DNA of 63,970 nt, filler included, from Dimargaris cristalligena (taxonomy: Eukaryota), in assembly GCA_003614675.1 (NCBI GenBank). It is 8 parts of 8 records of this genome, joined end to end, with 100 filler letters (N's around TTAATTAATTAA, not from the genome) between each part and the next. Parts side by side here need not be neighbours in the genome. Positions count along the whole stretch, not along the records: positions 40,088 to 47,984 come from ML003377.1; positions 48,085 to 55,982 come from ML003378.1; positions 56,083 to 63,970 come from ML003380.1; 5 more parts are not named here. One strand, given 5' to 3'. The notes under the pieces are model-generated. The model was given only the letters and a program-made list of their open reading frames with translations, did not search any database and was not told the DNA's origin. The translations under genes and the position numbers were made by a program. Of this stretch, positions 47,759-61,500 are shown in pieces (position 1 is the stretch's first letter; each line of letters begins with the position of its first letter).

Positions 47759-50315
47759 ACTTATGTGTGTTGTGACAGGTACTGAACACCCTTAAGCTTT
47801 GGTGATGTCACCGATGATGTACCTAACGTCCATTAATCAAATTACTACCGTTTTACTATATTTAGCTTAGTTTATCAATTGCAATGTCATATCATAGCTA
47901 TATCCATTTATCACCTTCTATATCATAGTTATATTTCGTTTATCACTTGCTGTTTTCATCTATCTCTTTATATATCATTAGTGCNNNNNNNNNNNNNNNN
48001 NNNNNNNNNNNNNNNNNNNNNNNNNNNNTTAATTAATTAANNNNNNNNNNNNNNNNNNNNNNNNNNNNNNNNNNNNNNNNNNNNAAAAACTTTATACTGT
48101 TGATTTTATTAATATTTTCATTTGAGTGACAAACCAGTTTGCCTGGAGAAGCCACCCTGCCCTTTTGATATATTTTTGTTGTTCATTTTAGTAGCCTGAC
48201 ACCACCACACTGTGACACTGGGGGTTCATCGTGTAGTTGCACTAGCAGTCCACCCCCAACCACACTGGCCAAGGCAGTAAACAATTGGTAAGCTGGTATT
48301 GTATTGCTAGAACAATCTTGCCATATGCTTGCCCATCCTCTCCTTTCCATGTGCAGAGACATTGTGGAGTGCCGGCATATCAGGGTATCTTAATTGCCAA
48401 GAGTTTGGCTGTGAAATTAGGTTGGTCTATAAAAATGAACTAGGAACAAAGGAATATCAGCTAGTTGGGTTGATCTATGTGATTATAAACAAACAGCTAG
48501 GATTTCCGCCAGTCAATTATTTAGCATACATCCCTTCTGCCCACTTTTCCATTTCAATAACTGTTCACAGTTAACCTACATGAAATGGGCACAAGTTGAC
48601 CTATTTTCATACATGTTGGCTTAGGCGACTAATCTTTTACTAGGTGCTTTGAGATTCCCATTATCAACCCCCTGCTCTATCGGGACCACAAAGTTAGCCC
48701 AAACCCCTTATTCCCCAAAATCTACCCCCTCTTGCCCCATCACCCAGTACACGGAGTGTTGAAACTGCTGATACCCTAGCCATTCCATTCACTTATGCCA
48801 GTTCTACATTTTCTGACCATACTATCTCTTTGCGACTCTGCCCTGCCAAATATGTGGCCTATTTATTTTGTTTTTTTTTGCTGGTAAGACATAGACTTAC
48901 TCCAAAAACTGCAGTTGCAAATGTGTAGTCCATGAAGGTATTGGTTGCCAGAATGCCAAGGCCGATTGGGATTTTGGGCCACCAAAACAGTATGGTCTAT
49001 TCCAAACCATATAGGCTAGCAAATAGGGGAAACACTGCCTTATAATATTGTCCACCTTGCTCCCTCTTATAAGTATTTGGTATTGACTTAGTACATGAAA
49101 ACAATGTGGGAAAATTGGATACCTCCCAACTGAGGCCACTCTCGTCCTACCCTTAATCACCTGATCATCCATCTGCAGTGCTAATAAACCGAACTGTCCG
49201 CGATTTAGCAAAGCAAAGAACACCCTCTACCTATTCTCTTTACAGCCACTATATTTCAATATCTGTTTAATATTGTCAGTAGCCCACAGTCTCTATTATA
49301 ATAATGTAATAATAAATCGAAGGGTAAATGTAAGTGCTATTTAATACACCTTAAAATAATTATAGAAGAGAAACCGAACTGTAAGTGACAAAGCTAGATG
49401 TCCGCGGTTGGTTTTATTGAGTTCGATAAAAGCTGTAACCAAGATAAAAAATGGTGAACTGAGTATGGGTCGACATATTCAGAGATATGGAATCAGTGGG
49501 ATGCGGAAAATGAATTTACAATATATATTCCCTTCCCCAATTGTCTTATAGCACTGCCACTGATCCTTATAACAGGCGCGAACCATTGGAAAGTGTAGGT
49601 TGACCATCTTGTGCTTATTCGTTATGATATAAAACTTCATTACCCAACTATTAGTATTTGAGTCGCTGAATTAATCCATCAATACAATATCCCTGATTAT
49701 TATACGTATGGTTTATAATCTAAAATTGGGGGTACTTATAAGGCACGCAGTCTCAAAATTAGCAAGTATAAGAAAGAAGAGTGCTTGATTCATGCACTGA
49801 TTAAACTAAAACGAAAGGATACAGAATTGGCATCCTGGATACGGAGGTTCTATCTGTTGATCGATGGCATCTGTGCAATCGGGATTAAACCATAATTCGA
49901 TTGACTGAAAACTTCATTAATCATATCAGTGCTCATTGGGCTATAGGCAAGGGTTAGTTTAGCGTAGGCATCCTCCTCTCCTATCGCACACTCTAGATTC
50001 CTATAATGCTATACAGCCTGAACATGAGACTGCCCGATTGTTTATAGGCAAATTATAGAGTAAATGAAAGAGTCCATTATTTTTCAATATTTTATATAAC
50101 TGGTCGGGGGATGGTCCCGGTTGAATCATATATACAATTTATGCCTAAACGTCAGTCCAGTGGCATTAGTTTTTAAAAAAAGTTTTCATGGAATGTTAGG
50201 AAACCCCGACTCTCAATATAGCCGAGTAAAAAATAAAAGCATGGCTAGATGGCTAGAGAACAGGAATAGAGGGACTGGGTATGTATGTACGTGAATGTGC
50301 ACTATCCGCATTTTT

Positions 50316-51539
50316 TTAATAGAAATTCGGGAACCCTCCGGCAAATTGAGCATTGGCATAGGGGACCCCGGGGTTTACGATGGGTGCATATTGGTTCCCA
50401 TTATCTTGGGAGTGTCCGGGTTGGCCATATGAAGCTACCTCGGGAGCGTATTCAGGGTTACCGTAGGGAGGCGCCTCGGGGGCATACTCGGGAGAACCGT
50501 AGGAAGGTTGCTGAAGTTCATAATCGGGCTGGCCACCATAGACAGGCTCTTGGGTGGGGTAGGCAGGCTGCTCAGATGAAGCGGCCGGGGTTTCGTACTT
50601 GGGAGCCTCGGAAGTAGGAGCGGGACTTTCATATTTGGGTGCCTCGGAAGTAGGGGCAGGACTCTCGTACTTGGTGGTAGATGAAGAAGGCTTCTCATAC
50701 TTAGGGGTCTCGGAGGTGGGGGAGGGTTTCTCGTATTTAGGGGCCTCGGAGGTTGAAGAAGGCTTCTCGTACTTGGGAGTCTCGGTGCTAGCGTAGGGTT
50801 TTTCATACTTGGATACCTGAGATGTAGGAGTTGAGTTTTGGTACTTGGGGGTTTCGGAGGTAGAGGTGGGCTTCCCGTACTTGGAAGACTGGGACGTATG
50901 GGATGGACTTTCGTATTTGGTAGTCTCAGAAGTCGAAGAGGGCTTCTCGTACTTGGAAGAGACAGAAGTCGAGGCCGGGCTTTCGTACTTGGGGGCTTCC
51001 GAAGTGGAAGAGGGTTGCTCATACTTGGGGGACTCTGATGTGGGGGCCGGGCTTTCATACTCGGGGGCCTCGGAGGTAGGTGCGGGCTTTTCGTAGACGG
51101 AAGACTCGTACGTTGGGGGGACGGGTTTTTGGTAGACGGGGGCCCCGTAGGTAGGGGGAGCAGGTCGTTGATAAACCGGGACTGCTGGGTAAATAGGCTG
51201 GCCCTTGGCCGGGTAGGCTGGATAGCCCGGGTATGCTGGGTATGATTGGTAGCCCGGGTAGACCAAATAGGCGGGGCCTGCATTCCCATAGGTGGGATTT
51301 GTCTTGGAAGGATAGGTGGGTTTCCCGTAGGTCGGAGGGGGAGAAGAGGGGGTGTTGTGGGCTGGTGCCTGCGTAGCGGTGGCTGTGGCTGTGGGGTGAA
51401 TAGTGGTAGTGGCCTGGTATTGGGTCTGAGTTACTGTCACAACCGCGCGGGCGTGTAGGTTGCCTGGGGGCATACCCAGAGCGGGGGCAGCGGCCACGGC
51501 AGCAGTCAGGACCAATAGTGAGGCAATTGATACGCGCAT
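50316..51539 (-). CDS. Secreted Pro/Ser/Thr/Tyr-rich protein with ~13-aa repeats (extensin-like wall protein)
   Basis: Signal peptide MRVSIASLLVLTAAVAA; about 14 repeats of PKYE(K/S)PxxTSE(A/T). Confidence 0.8.
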   Translation of the reverse strand: MRVSIASLLVLTAAVAAAPALGMPPGNLHARAVVTVTQTQYQATTTIHPTATATATQAPAHNTPSSPPPTYGKPTYPSKTNPTYGNAGPAYLVYPGYQSYPAYPGYPAYPAKGQPIYPAVPVYQRPAPPTYGAPVYQKPVPPTYESSVYEKPAPTSEAPEYESPAPTSESPKYEQPSSTSEAPKYESPASTSVSSKYEKPSSTSETTKYESPSHTSQSSKYGKPTSTSETPKYQNSTPTSQVSKYEKPYASTETPKYEKPSSTSEAPKYEKPSPTSETPKYEKPSSSTTKYESPAPTSEAPKYESPAPTSEAPKYETPAASSEQPAYPTQEPVYGGQPDYELQQPSYGSPEYAPEAPPYGNPEYAPEVASYGQPGHSQDNGNQYAPIVNPGVPYANAQFAGGFPNFY

Positions 51540-52631
51540 GATGGTTGATGGGACGTGTGATGTGAAGATGGGAGAGGGATGAACCAAAGATAAGTTAGAA
51601 TCGGCGATAAAAATGAGCCCGAGAGTAGGGAAGTACCTAAAATGCGTGCCAATGTATCGGAAATGAAATGCAATAGAATCGTGCTGACGATCAAGGGGCG
51701 CTGTGCGACTCTTTTATAAACCAATATATTGGCCAGGTCCAAATTAACTAGGCGACTGGGTCTCACTGAGTTGGGCCAAAGAGATCCTACGCTGATTATA
51801 GTATTTAAGGTTACCGAGAAGTAGCTGTGGGGACATCATGGTGACTCCGTGGCGTTACTTATGGACCCAGTTGGGCGCTGCTTAGTTTCGGTCAGATCTG
51901 CTTCACTCGGCATTCTATATTAGTAATCGCTGGCTTATATAGCGCAATATCAAATGTTTTGTTCAACAAAGTTCCTAGGATCCCCTGGGCGTAGAGATAG
52001 GGGTACAGCGGATTCTATAATATAATATTAGTATTATGGGTAAAACAGTATGCTAATCATCCCCATCCAACACGATCGACTGCGCCGAGGCGTCGCTATG
52101 TCTCTACTAAACTAACACAGTACGCCCAAACCAACTTTAAATGATGAATGTAATATCACCCGTTCCCCATGTACCTGGGACCAGGGGGCTGTTGGCTTAC
52201 CATGCCCCATATGTGCTGAGCGGTGCAATATCGTATGTTCGTCTCAGTTTGATTTGGGCGGGGCGGATTAAGATACAGGCACCAGTCATCTGGTCAATAG
52301 CGATAGCCCATGGAGTCATACTACATTTTCCCGCTTAAGCTTCTGGTATCCAAAGTGAAACCACCTTCAAGGACCGGCTCTATCAGGCAATTAACCCATC
52401 TTCCCCAAAACCAATATTTGAAACCGGATATTTATTCCTAGACAGGTAAGGCGATCCTACTTGCTTAGGCTTGCTCTAGGTTTGATGATGGAATAAAGAT
52501 AGCCTCATTATATGGGTGGTTGGGTGCCTAGTTTGCTGTTTGCGGGGTTTCCCCCCAGTCGGATTACCAGAGGGCTCCTCCACTTTTGTAACCGCCAACC
52601 AACTAACCCCACCATTCCAGGCCCTATTATA

Positions 52632-54276
52632 TTATCGCTGCCTGGGACTCGACCGGTCAAACCAATCCTCCAGAACCCATCGAGTAGCCTGAAGGGTATC
52701 AATAGCTCGGCGGAAATAATCCGAGATATTGCATTTTTGGTCCTTTTTATAGTTGTAGCAAACCAACTGACATTGGGATAAGGCGGTCACACTTTCGGTC
52801 TTGTGGGAGACAAGTACACAGTCGACCACACCCCGGCTTTGCCCCAGGTTGATAACCCGGGTACCAACAGAAATCTAAAATACAAAGTCAATAGCAATGG
52901 AATGGGTAAAAACAGCGAAACGTAGTCACAAAAATCCAAACTAGGTTGATGATTAGGTGGATTCGTTTGTGGGCCAATCAAGTAGGCGGGGAGGTCTCAG
53001 GCAAGGTTGTGGGGGATTAATATACCGGGAATATTGTTAAACAATTATATGCGGTGGCAATTGGGTGATATGCCGAGACCACCATTATTAGTATAGGTTA
53101 GTACTTACCGTGTCAGGGTATTCGACCACTTGCTTGTATTTACAGTCGATTGATTTCGCAATGACTCCGACACCCCGAGCGTAAAACATTTCCATAAATT
53201 CCTTTTCAGGAATATATTCACCGAGCCGAGCCAGGTAATCCATACGGCCTGTAGTGAATATGGTATTGGGATATTATATACCGTGGAGGTGCCAAGGGTT
53301 ATGGTATGGAAGTAATAGGGTACCCCGTATTAAGGCGCAGATATAAGAGATCCAAGGAGTTGGTGAGTTGGCAGGGTTAAGTCTATACAATGCTGGTAGT
53401 GATTGCTGGTGAGTAACGTACAACCCAAACTAGTTGACCTCACAATTGGGAAGGTCGCTAATTAGGTTCGAATAGAGTGAGAACTTACCTGATTCGGCAT
53501 ATCGGAGGTAAGACACATTGTTGAGATGGCCGAAGGCGTCCTAGATAATGATCACCGGAGGCACCCAGTTGAATGATATATATATAAGTATGATGAATGG
53601 GTGGGAAGGCTCACATTTAGAGCTAATAAAAGGTATATTATCACTACTATCCTATAGTTACTGGTTCCAAACAGAGGTTAATACGGAAGGATGACATACC
53701 TGTGCACCCCACTGAATGGGCAGGGTAATGATTGACGGATATTCTTGGAGCAGGGTCTGGACCGTTTTCGGTAACTGACTAAGGTTGCTAGTGTTACGTT
53801 TGGTCGAGGTGGACTAGTATTTAAGGGAGCCGAGTAGGGCATGAGGTTTTTAAGATATATATGATTATTTTATTAGAACATAAAGAACCCATGTTATGAC
53901 GAGTTAACCCTTATTTTATACTCTGGGCACGTTAGTATTGATGGTAAGTCTTGTAACTGTTTGCTCCCCACTTGGCGGTGCACTCTCACTGAGGGAGTCA
54001 GGAGACCCCTCTGGTTCAGGAGGACCGATTCCCTCTGATGGTTGCACTAGCTTTCACGACCCAGTCCTGGCGGAAAACGCTACTCAGGAAATCTTCCTTT
54101 TGACCGTGGGACAAATAGGAGCGGAGTTGGTTCGCTACTGCCTGGTGGGCCTGGGAGGTGGTTGGTTGGTTCCCCTTTCCTGTTACTGGCCGAGCAAGGT
54201 GGTGACCCGGTGTATTCAGAGAGGCCGAAACGGCGCCTAGGTGGCTGATGAGGGATTTCCAGAAGGGGGTGGTCAT
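52632..54276 (-). CDS. Hotdog-fold acyl-CoA thioesterase (4HBT/YbgC-like), multi-exon; first exon uncertain
   Basis: Spliced reading gives LPIQWGAQ|DAFGHLNNVSYLRYAES|GRMDY...IDCKYKQVVEYPDT...LVCYNYKKDQK. Confidence 0.75.
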
Positions 54277-56082
54277 GGTAGTTGGGCTGTCGCTCTAAGG
54301 GGCGTGGGTGGCGAGGGGGGTAGAGTAGGGTGATAAAGTTACAATGCTAAGGGACCAACGAACTCGTGGAATTGGAAAAGCTAATGTAAACGGTGACAGA
54401 GTTCTATTTAGTTAAACAAAGACGCTATAGTGCACGGGTGTGGTGGGGCTTTACAGCCGACAACTTTGCTAGGTGTGACTACGTAATGGCCTGGGGGAAC
54501 AGTAGGAATGGGCGACGACCTGGCCGCCGTGGTTTGATGATTCAGGGGTAAACATGTGACGCCCGAACCATTTTAATGAATTGAATTAGGCAGTCACTCT
54601 TCACTGGGAAATCTGTTCCAAAAAACCACTCAGTTATAAATTAAAATAAGCGGAGGTTGCTGGGTGTCTGAGGGGCTTGGCCTGACTGAATTAAGAAAAG
54701 GCCGTTTGAAAAGATGAGTATTATGGGCTAAGTATGCCTTTTGGCTTCCTTTTCATTTACAAGCCATTTAAAAGCTCGTTCAGTTACATACAACTAGACC
54801 CTTAAATAGAATGAGAGAGTAGCAGGACATACCCCATTTGTTAGGAATACGTTTCTAGTCAGCGGGTCTAATGGAAGGGCCTAACATAAACCCCATTTTA
54901 CAAATAGCTCGTAGGGCTAAAGCACAACATCCTCCCCCTAAAGATGCCTCAATATTCAGTGTACTACTAAAGAATATCCTTCTAAACGTAGAGTTATTTA
55001 CGACGGAGAATCGTAGCAAAAATATAATACCACTATAATTGCCTAGGAGTGCCCCCCCAACTAGTTTTACTGAGAAGTAGTCTTAAATTTAACTATGTTT
55101 AACAGCTCGTTTCCTTCCCCCAACCATAGAAGCAGGGCGTCGAGGGGGAAAATGTAATTTAAATTGTATCCTTCTTATTTAATACAGTCCAACGATAAAA
55201 TGCCGAAGAAGCAGGGGGGAAAATAGATGAAAGCAAAATAGGTATTTTTCTAGGGTCGCATGGTCTGAAAATATATTAATAGGCAGTTTCCCTAACCTAT
55301 ACTCGAGACGGTGGTTTGTAAACTGCCGGTGGTTGAGTGCCCCAGCCTTCCGCGGGGCCGGTGGTCTAGATGGGGGGCACTGTGGAAGAGAAACACAGAC
55401 CTATAATAGGGCTATGCCAAGTCCACGGGGGACTTGTTGTACATCCCTTGTCCTAGCCAGTTACCACCCAGAATATGGGTGAAATTCAGCCCAGCTATAT
55501 AAGGGTTTACATTATATATGTATGGGAGAATATATGGGAAATCTATTTTTAACTAGTAATATTGGCCGAATTTAATAGATTTTTCATTATACAGCTTGGA
55601 TGAACTTCTCCCATATGCTACTCCCAATCAAGAAAATGCCTCTACTGTTCCGTTTGCCAGCCCTTACGGTGATGAACTGCCAAGCAGCAAAGGGGAAGCA
55701 CCCAAGGATAGGACTCTTACCATGTGCCCACACATCGTTGGCTTGGACAAACTCTTCGCCCTATCTAAAGAACGTGAGGCATCCCCCACCCAAGTTGCCC
55801 AAAGGATTGCCGACGACTTTGACTGACTCAAGAAAGACGAAGTGCCGCTTAACTCCTGGTCCAAATACTTGGAGAGACCCAAAGAAAATAAAAGGGCTTT
55901 GCATGCATTCTACAAGAATTCATGCCAGTAGATGAAGCTCGTAAAATCCTGAGTGCACCCCCCCCCCCCCCCCCCCCCCCCCNNNNNNNNNNNNNNNNNN
56001 NNNNNNNNNNNNNNNNNNNNNNNNNNTTAATTAATTAANNNNNNNNNNNNNNNNNNNNNNNNNNNNNNNNNNNNNNNNNNNN

Positions 56083-56522
56083 GTAGAGAGGCACAGGCGC
56101 CAGATGAGAGACAGGACCATGGTCGCTAGCACTACTGGGTACAAAAAGGGGAAGATGGTGGTAGGGGTGTGGTTGGTGCTGAATTGAACTGCCCGACTGA
56201 ACCAAGCCCCCCATTCCGGTGTCGGTTACCAGGGAGAACGATAGAAGGGGCGATTTGGTACTGGCCATCGTTGCACCCGTAGGGGTACCGCCCTGGCGAA
56301 GATAATCAAGGGAAGGGAAATTCATTTCTAGTCGCCTTCCAGATTGACCAACCAGGGAGGGCTTGCGACTGAGGGGTTTGGAGCCTCCGGAATAATAGTG
56401 AGGGGAATTTAGCGAGTAGTTTAACGGGCAGTTAGCGACACCTGCCAGTGGGGCCGCTGCGAACGTCCCATTTGGCATGGGTGGAAGGGAAGTGTCCATC
56501 CGGAAACTAAAATTGCGGGGAA
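56083..56522 (-). CDS. Fragment of an unidentified Ser/Pro/Gly-rich coding region
   Basis: Open frame from the duplication junction to the contig end; low-complexity protein-like composition. Confidence 0.35.
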
Positions 56523-57524
56523 TGGCGTCCAGTAGAATAGAGGTTATCATTTGGATCTAATATCCGGATCAGCATATCAATACAATTTCATTTGTGTTTC
56601 GACATACTCTAGATTGGCCACTAACAGTCCCGGTAAAATCATAGAGAATCAATGGGCTATCCTACACCAAGTGCTAACTTACCTTCAACCGCTTTGAACG
56701 TTTTATTTTCGGAGTTCCAGATGCTAGAGTAGGGATAACAAATGGATACCATATTTTAACCAAACGGGGTTATCATTAAACAAAAAGAAATCTATATATA
56801 AATATATATAGATGTGTGTGTGTGTGTATATGTGTAGTTTAAAAGTCCTGGGTTAACTATGTAATAATTCAGAGGAAACTAATTATCGTCACCTCACTAA
56901 ATGGAACCAATAGCCTACCCTAAATCCGGGAGACCGCTCCTATTGTGTCGATAATCTCGGGCCAAGTTTCGACAGATCCCGACTAGGGCTTTGCCACCCA
57001 TGGCCTATTGGTAGATTTTGAGTTAATCCGCCTTAAAATTGGTTAGTTCTCACTGAAATCAGATAGATAAAAAAGGCGCTCCTGTAGATAATCCTTTGGG
57101 GAGAGAGAGAGGGGGGGGAGAAGAGGTTGTCGACCATGAGATTCGATAGAAGAGCTAGGATGTTAATTGGGTATAGATGTTGGGGTATTCTTACCTCCGC
57201 AATTTCTAATAAGTCCGACAGTTCAAAGGACCAGTCCACTCCAATACAGCGTGTGGCCCGGGGTTGCTCCGCGATCCAGACTCGTTGAATAAGATCCGTA
57301 TAGTCGGTTTCAATCACGGTGAGATGCGCCTCGATTTCTGTAGCACGATCTAAACGGGGGAGGCGAGGGGGGACATCCAATTAAATACGGTCGGGAGTGC
57401 ATTAATAAAGAAATGCTCCTGAAGGTATAGGTTAAGGGACTTTGTTCGTTGGAGGGGAATCTAGAATTGCATTAGATCTGTAGCCTACAGTGGTCTATAA
57501 TGGTGCAATGTCAGCGGTCTATAC
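56523..57524. repeat. ~1-kb near-identical direct copy of the FAN1 internal segment 58870-59871
   Basis: Identical 115-aa ORFs at 57033 and 59380; only one substitution noticed (ggatacc vs ggatatc). Confidence 0.93.
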
Positions 57525-58393
57525 TCCACACTACTACGACTACGACTACCACGACCACCAGTCCCGATGGCCAGCGACCCTCCACCTATAACGCCGGAAA
57601 TCGAGACGCAGAACACGCCGCACCTGTCCCACGTGCCAAATCAGTCGAAGGTCGACCGATGGTGGTTACCAGTGCCTGGAATGGCACGACTTCCATCACA
57701 AACCCCATTACCAAAGAAACGGTGCAATTCCACTTTCCCCGACGTATCCGCGCTTTTGCAGCGGGTCATTACGCCCTCGAGCGGAACCAAAACATACCCT
57801 GTTTCTTTTATATTGACTATAATGACAGCATCTACATGTATTACAACATCCGGGTGGGAAAGGGTCACCTGCCCACTTTAGCCGAGACCCTACAGCCCGA
57901 ACTCGCATTCCACACCGATGCCCTGGCCGAGGCCCTGCTGAGCCAGAACTTCCCCTTGCTCTCAAACCCCAGCATTCCTTCCGCGACAGGCTCTAAATCG
58001 ACGACACGGCCCACTACACCGGTACCGGTACCACCGGCAGCGGCAGGGACACCAGTCCCACCGTCTCTATCACGCTCTTCTTCGCATGCTTCGCCCCGGT
58101 CGGTTAAATCTGCCAAGTATCCACCTGTTCCTCCCATCGATACATCTGTATCCCGAACCCCGCAGTCGAATAATTCGCCACTAAACCCCCATTATATCGC
58201 CCAACATGTTAATGTAGCCGGCGGAAATACTGGGGGCGGGCCGTCATCAGTACAGCCTAGTAATAATACCCGGTCCAACCTTAGCTCATCCCACAATGAT
58301 AGTCGACCCAATTCCCCTCGTCTGGACCAGACCGCCCTGTCTTACTCGCAAATGGCCCTCGCTCTATACGAATGTTTACACCAGACTGCTTAA
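57525..58393 (+). CDS. ITFG2: 3' fragment of an ITFG2-like (KICSTOR subunit) gene; 5' part replaced by the duplicated segment
   Basis: VTSAWNGTT...VQFHF..RIRAFAAGHYA...PCFFYIDYNDSIYMY resembles the ITFG2 C-terminal region as I recall it. Confidence 0.65.
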
Positions 58394-58581
58394 TCCTAGC
58401 TGTTTGATATATCGGGTGCACTCTAATACTATGTGGCTGTTCAAAATGTTTCGATGGTACTTATTATCTGTGCATTTGGTAACAATGACCTAATACTAGA
58501 TTGCTCCAGCTATTTAATAAATAAATATTTCTGTCGATCTGTTCGATTGGTAGACGAGTCCGAATGACTTGGCTACGAAAT

Positions 58582-61500
58582 TTATTCCTGGGGTGGTGTG
58601 TCTTTAGCTGCTTTTACAATGCAGAGCTCCACGTCTAACCCTAGGGTCAACAAGATATCGATCCAAGTCTATAGTTCGGGATGCAATAGGGAGAGACACA
58701 TTTGAACTTGTTTAGTTATCATAGATGGATTCTTAAGATATCCAAGGAGCAGGCCAATCCATATTATGGCAATAAACGCTTTAGGGTAGGAATACAAACG
58801 GTATTAATCCTACCTTTTGTGTTTCCGATAACGTATCGCCCGGACCTTTAACTTAATACGGGATAAAATTGGCGTCCAGTAGAATAGAGGTTATCATTTG
58901 GATCTAATATCCGGATCAGCATATCAATACAATTTCATTTGTGTTTCGACATACTCTAGATTGGCCACTAACAGTCCCGGTAAAATCATAGAGAATCAAT
59001 GGGCTATCCTACACCAAGTGCTAACTTACCTTCAACCGCTTTGAACGTTTTATTTTCGGAGTTCCAGATGCTAGAGTAGGGATAACAAATGGATATCATA
59101 TTTTAACCAAACGGGGTTATCATTAAACAAAAAGAAATCTATATATAAATATATATAGATGTGTGTGTGTGTGTATATGTGTAGTTTAAAAGTCCTGGGT
59201 TAACTATGTAATAATTCAGAGGAAACTAATTATCGTCACCTCACTAAATGGAACCAATAGCCTACCCTAAATCCGGGAGACCGCTCCTATTGTGTCGATA
59301 ATCTCGGGCCAAGTTTCGACAGATCCCGACTAGGGCTTTGCCACCCATGGCCTATTGGTAGATTTTGAGTTAATCCGCCTTAAAATTGGTTAGTTCTCAC
59401 TGAAATCAGATAGATAAAAAAGGCGCTCCTGTAGATAATCCTTTGGGGAGAGAGAGAGGGGGGGGAGAAGAGGTTGTCGACCATGAGATTCGATAGAAGA
59501 GCTAGGATGTTAATTGGGTATAGATGTTGGGGTATTCTTACCTCCGCAATTTCTAATAAGTCCGACAGTTCAAAGGACCAGTCCACTCCAATACAGCGTG
59601 TGGCCCGGGGTTGCTCCGCGATCCAGACTCGTTGAATAAGATCCGTATAGTCGGTTTCAATCACGGTGAGATGCGCCTCGATTTCTGTAGCACGATCTAA
59701 ACGGGGGAGGCGAGGGGGGACATCCAATTAAATACGGTCGGGAGTGCATTAATAAAGAAATGCTCCTGAAGGTATAGGTTAAGGGACTTTGTTCGTTGGA
59801 GGGGAATCTAGAATTGCATTAGATCTGTAGCCTACAGTGGTCTATAATGGTGCAATGTCAGCGGTCTATACGTTACTTTTCCACTTACCTATATAGAAGG
59901 CATCGGTATTAAGATCTAACGGATGGGTCTGGTAGGGGGTTTCAAACATGCCGGGGTAAGGTGCAAACAAAATGTCCCAAAAGAGAAGGCCAAACTGTAG
60001 TTCCCGGTAGTGCAATCGAGTTGGATTAGCAATGTTGGCCATAATGATTAAAAATGGAATAAATATCAGCAGTTTGGGGATATCGCACCAGGCGTAAATG
60101 GCCTTGTAGAACGAAAAAAAACTAATGAAAAGGGACATACCAGGGTGGAGTAGAGCCCGTTTTCGGAGTGGAATCTGAATTGGCGAATTAAGAGATAAAC
60201 AAAGGATCGGACAACATTTACAATAAATAATAATATACAGAGTATTAAATAATAGTTTGGCATTCCTGAATCACTAAGTGCATATTAGTTGTCAAGTCGG
60301 ATAATAAATCGGGGTTGTTTAGATAAATCGATTGTAGTGTGCATTTACCCTCGATAACCTTGCCGCTGGTAATAATCCAAAGCCAGGAGTTCGACGGCGC
60401 ACACTTCTCCTGATTCCAACTCGTACACTGGTCGGTTTTTATGCGAGCCGCCTCTTACGCCTGCGGATAGAGGATCAATAGGATGTATAGTTAGAACAAT
60501 GTGAATTTTAGACAACAATAGCAGACTCTAGACTAACCACTAACTAGGAGCTCCTGTAAGTCGCTTAGTTCGCTTGCTGAAAAAAATTTATGCTGATCAG
60601 AATGAATTTCTACTACAGCTTACCTGTAATTGTAATGGTGGGTGCTTCTTTTAATTCATAACCGGGGCCTTGGTAGAGTTTATCGGGGAGGAGTTCCAAT
60701 CCTTTTTCGATCCGAATTAAGCGTTTGGCCAACCGGGACTTGACCGCTGAAAAGTATGAGTTCGAAAATAATGAAAGGGACATGTCAGCATAAAGAAGTG
60801 GGATCGAAAGTGATGTATATTTACGGTAATTACTAAGGTGACTTACAGTTAAATATATCTTCGCAATATTCAGTACAGCTTCACAGCCAAAATAATTCAT
60901 ATTTAATAATACATTGGGCATACCGATTTCGATTGGTCTATAGACTTACCTTGCCGAGAATGGGGATCCTGGAGGCCCTCTAAGCACGTTGTACGACAGG
61001 CCTGCCAGGCGACGGTCTTGCGCTCTGGGGGATCCCCCTTGTCCGCCAAATAATTGGTTTGAATTAAAGCGAGGCGCTCGTACCAAGGACCCCTTTTCCC
61101 CAAGCAGAATACTTGCTGATCCAGAAGCTGTCGGATAAGTTCGCATTCGCGTTGGTGGAGTTTGAGACCAGCGAGGACTTTTGTACCAAAATCCAGGATA
61201 CGCGTGTAGACCCAGCCCACCGTAAAACGGCGCTTGTAGTAGGCGAGGCGCGGTAGGGTAGGAGGAGTTCCGGGATTGAGGTCAGCCGCGGTGATGGAGG
61301 TGGCGCTGTTCGAAGGGTCTGGCGGGGTGGCGGTGGTTACCAGGGAGGCCTCGATCGCCACACAAATCTGCCATGACTCAAGGCAAGCCTGACAGGTCTC
61401 CCACACCTGGAGCAGTACCGCCGAGTTGGTCTTGTCGGATTCCACCAGGGCATATAAATCATGCTGGAGGTGGCTAAACTTTTCGTAGAGTAAATACGCA

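Noticed and set aside
57500-57524. ATG start of the 297-aa ORF
   Set aside because: Lies inside the duplicated FAN1 segment, so the start is chimeric
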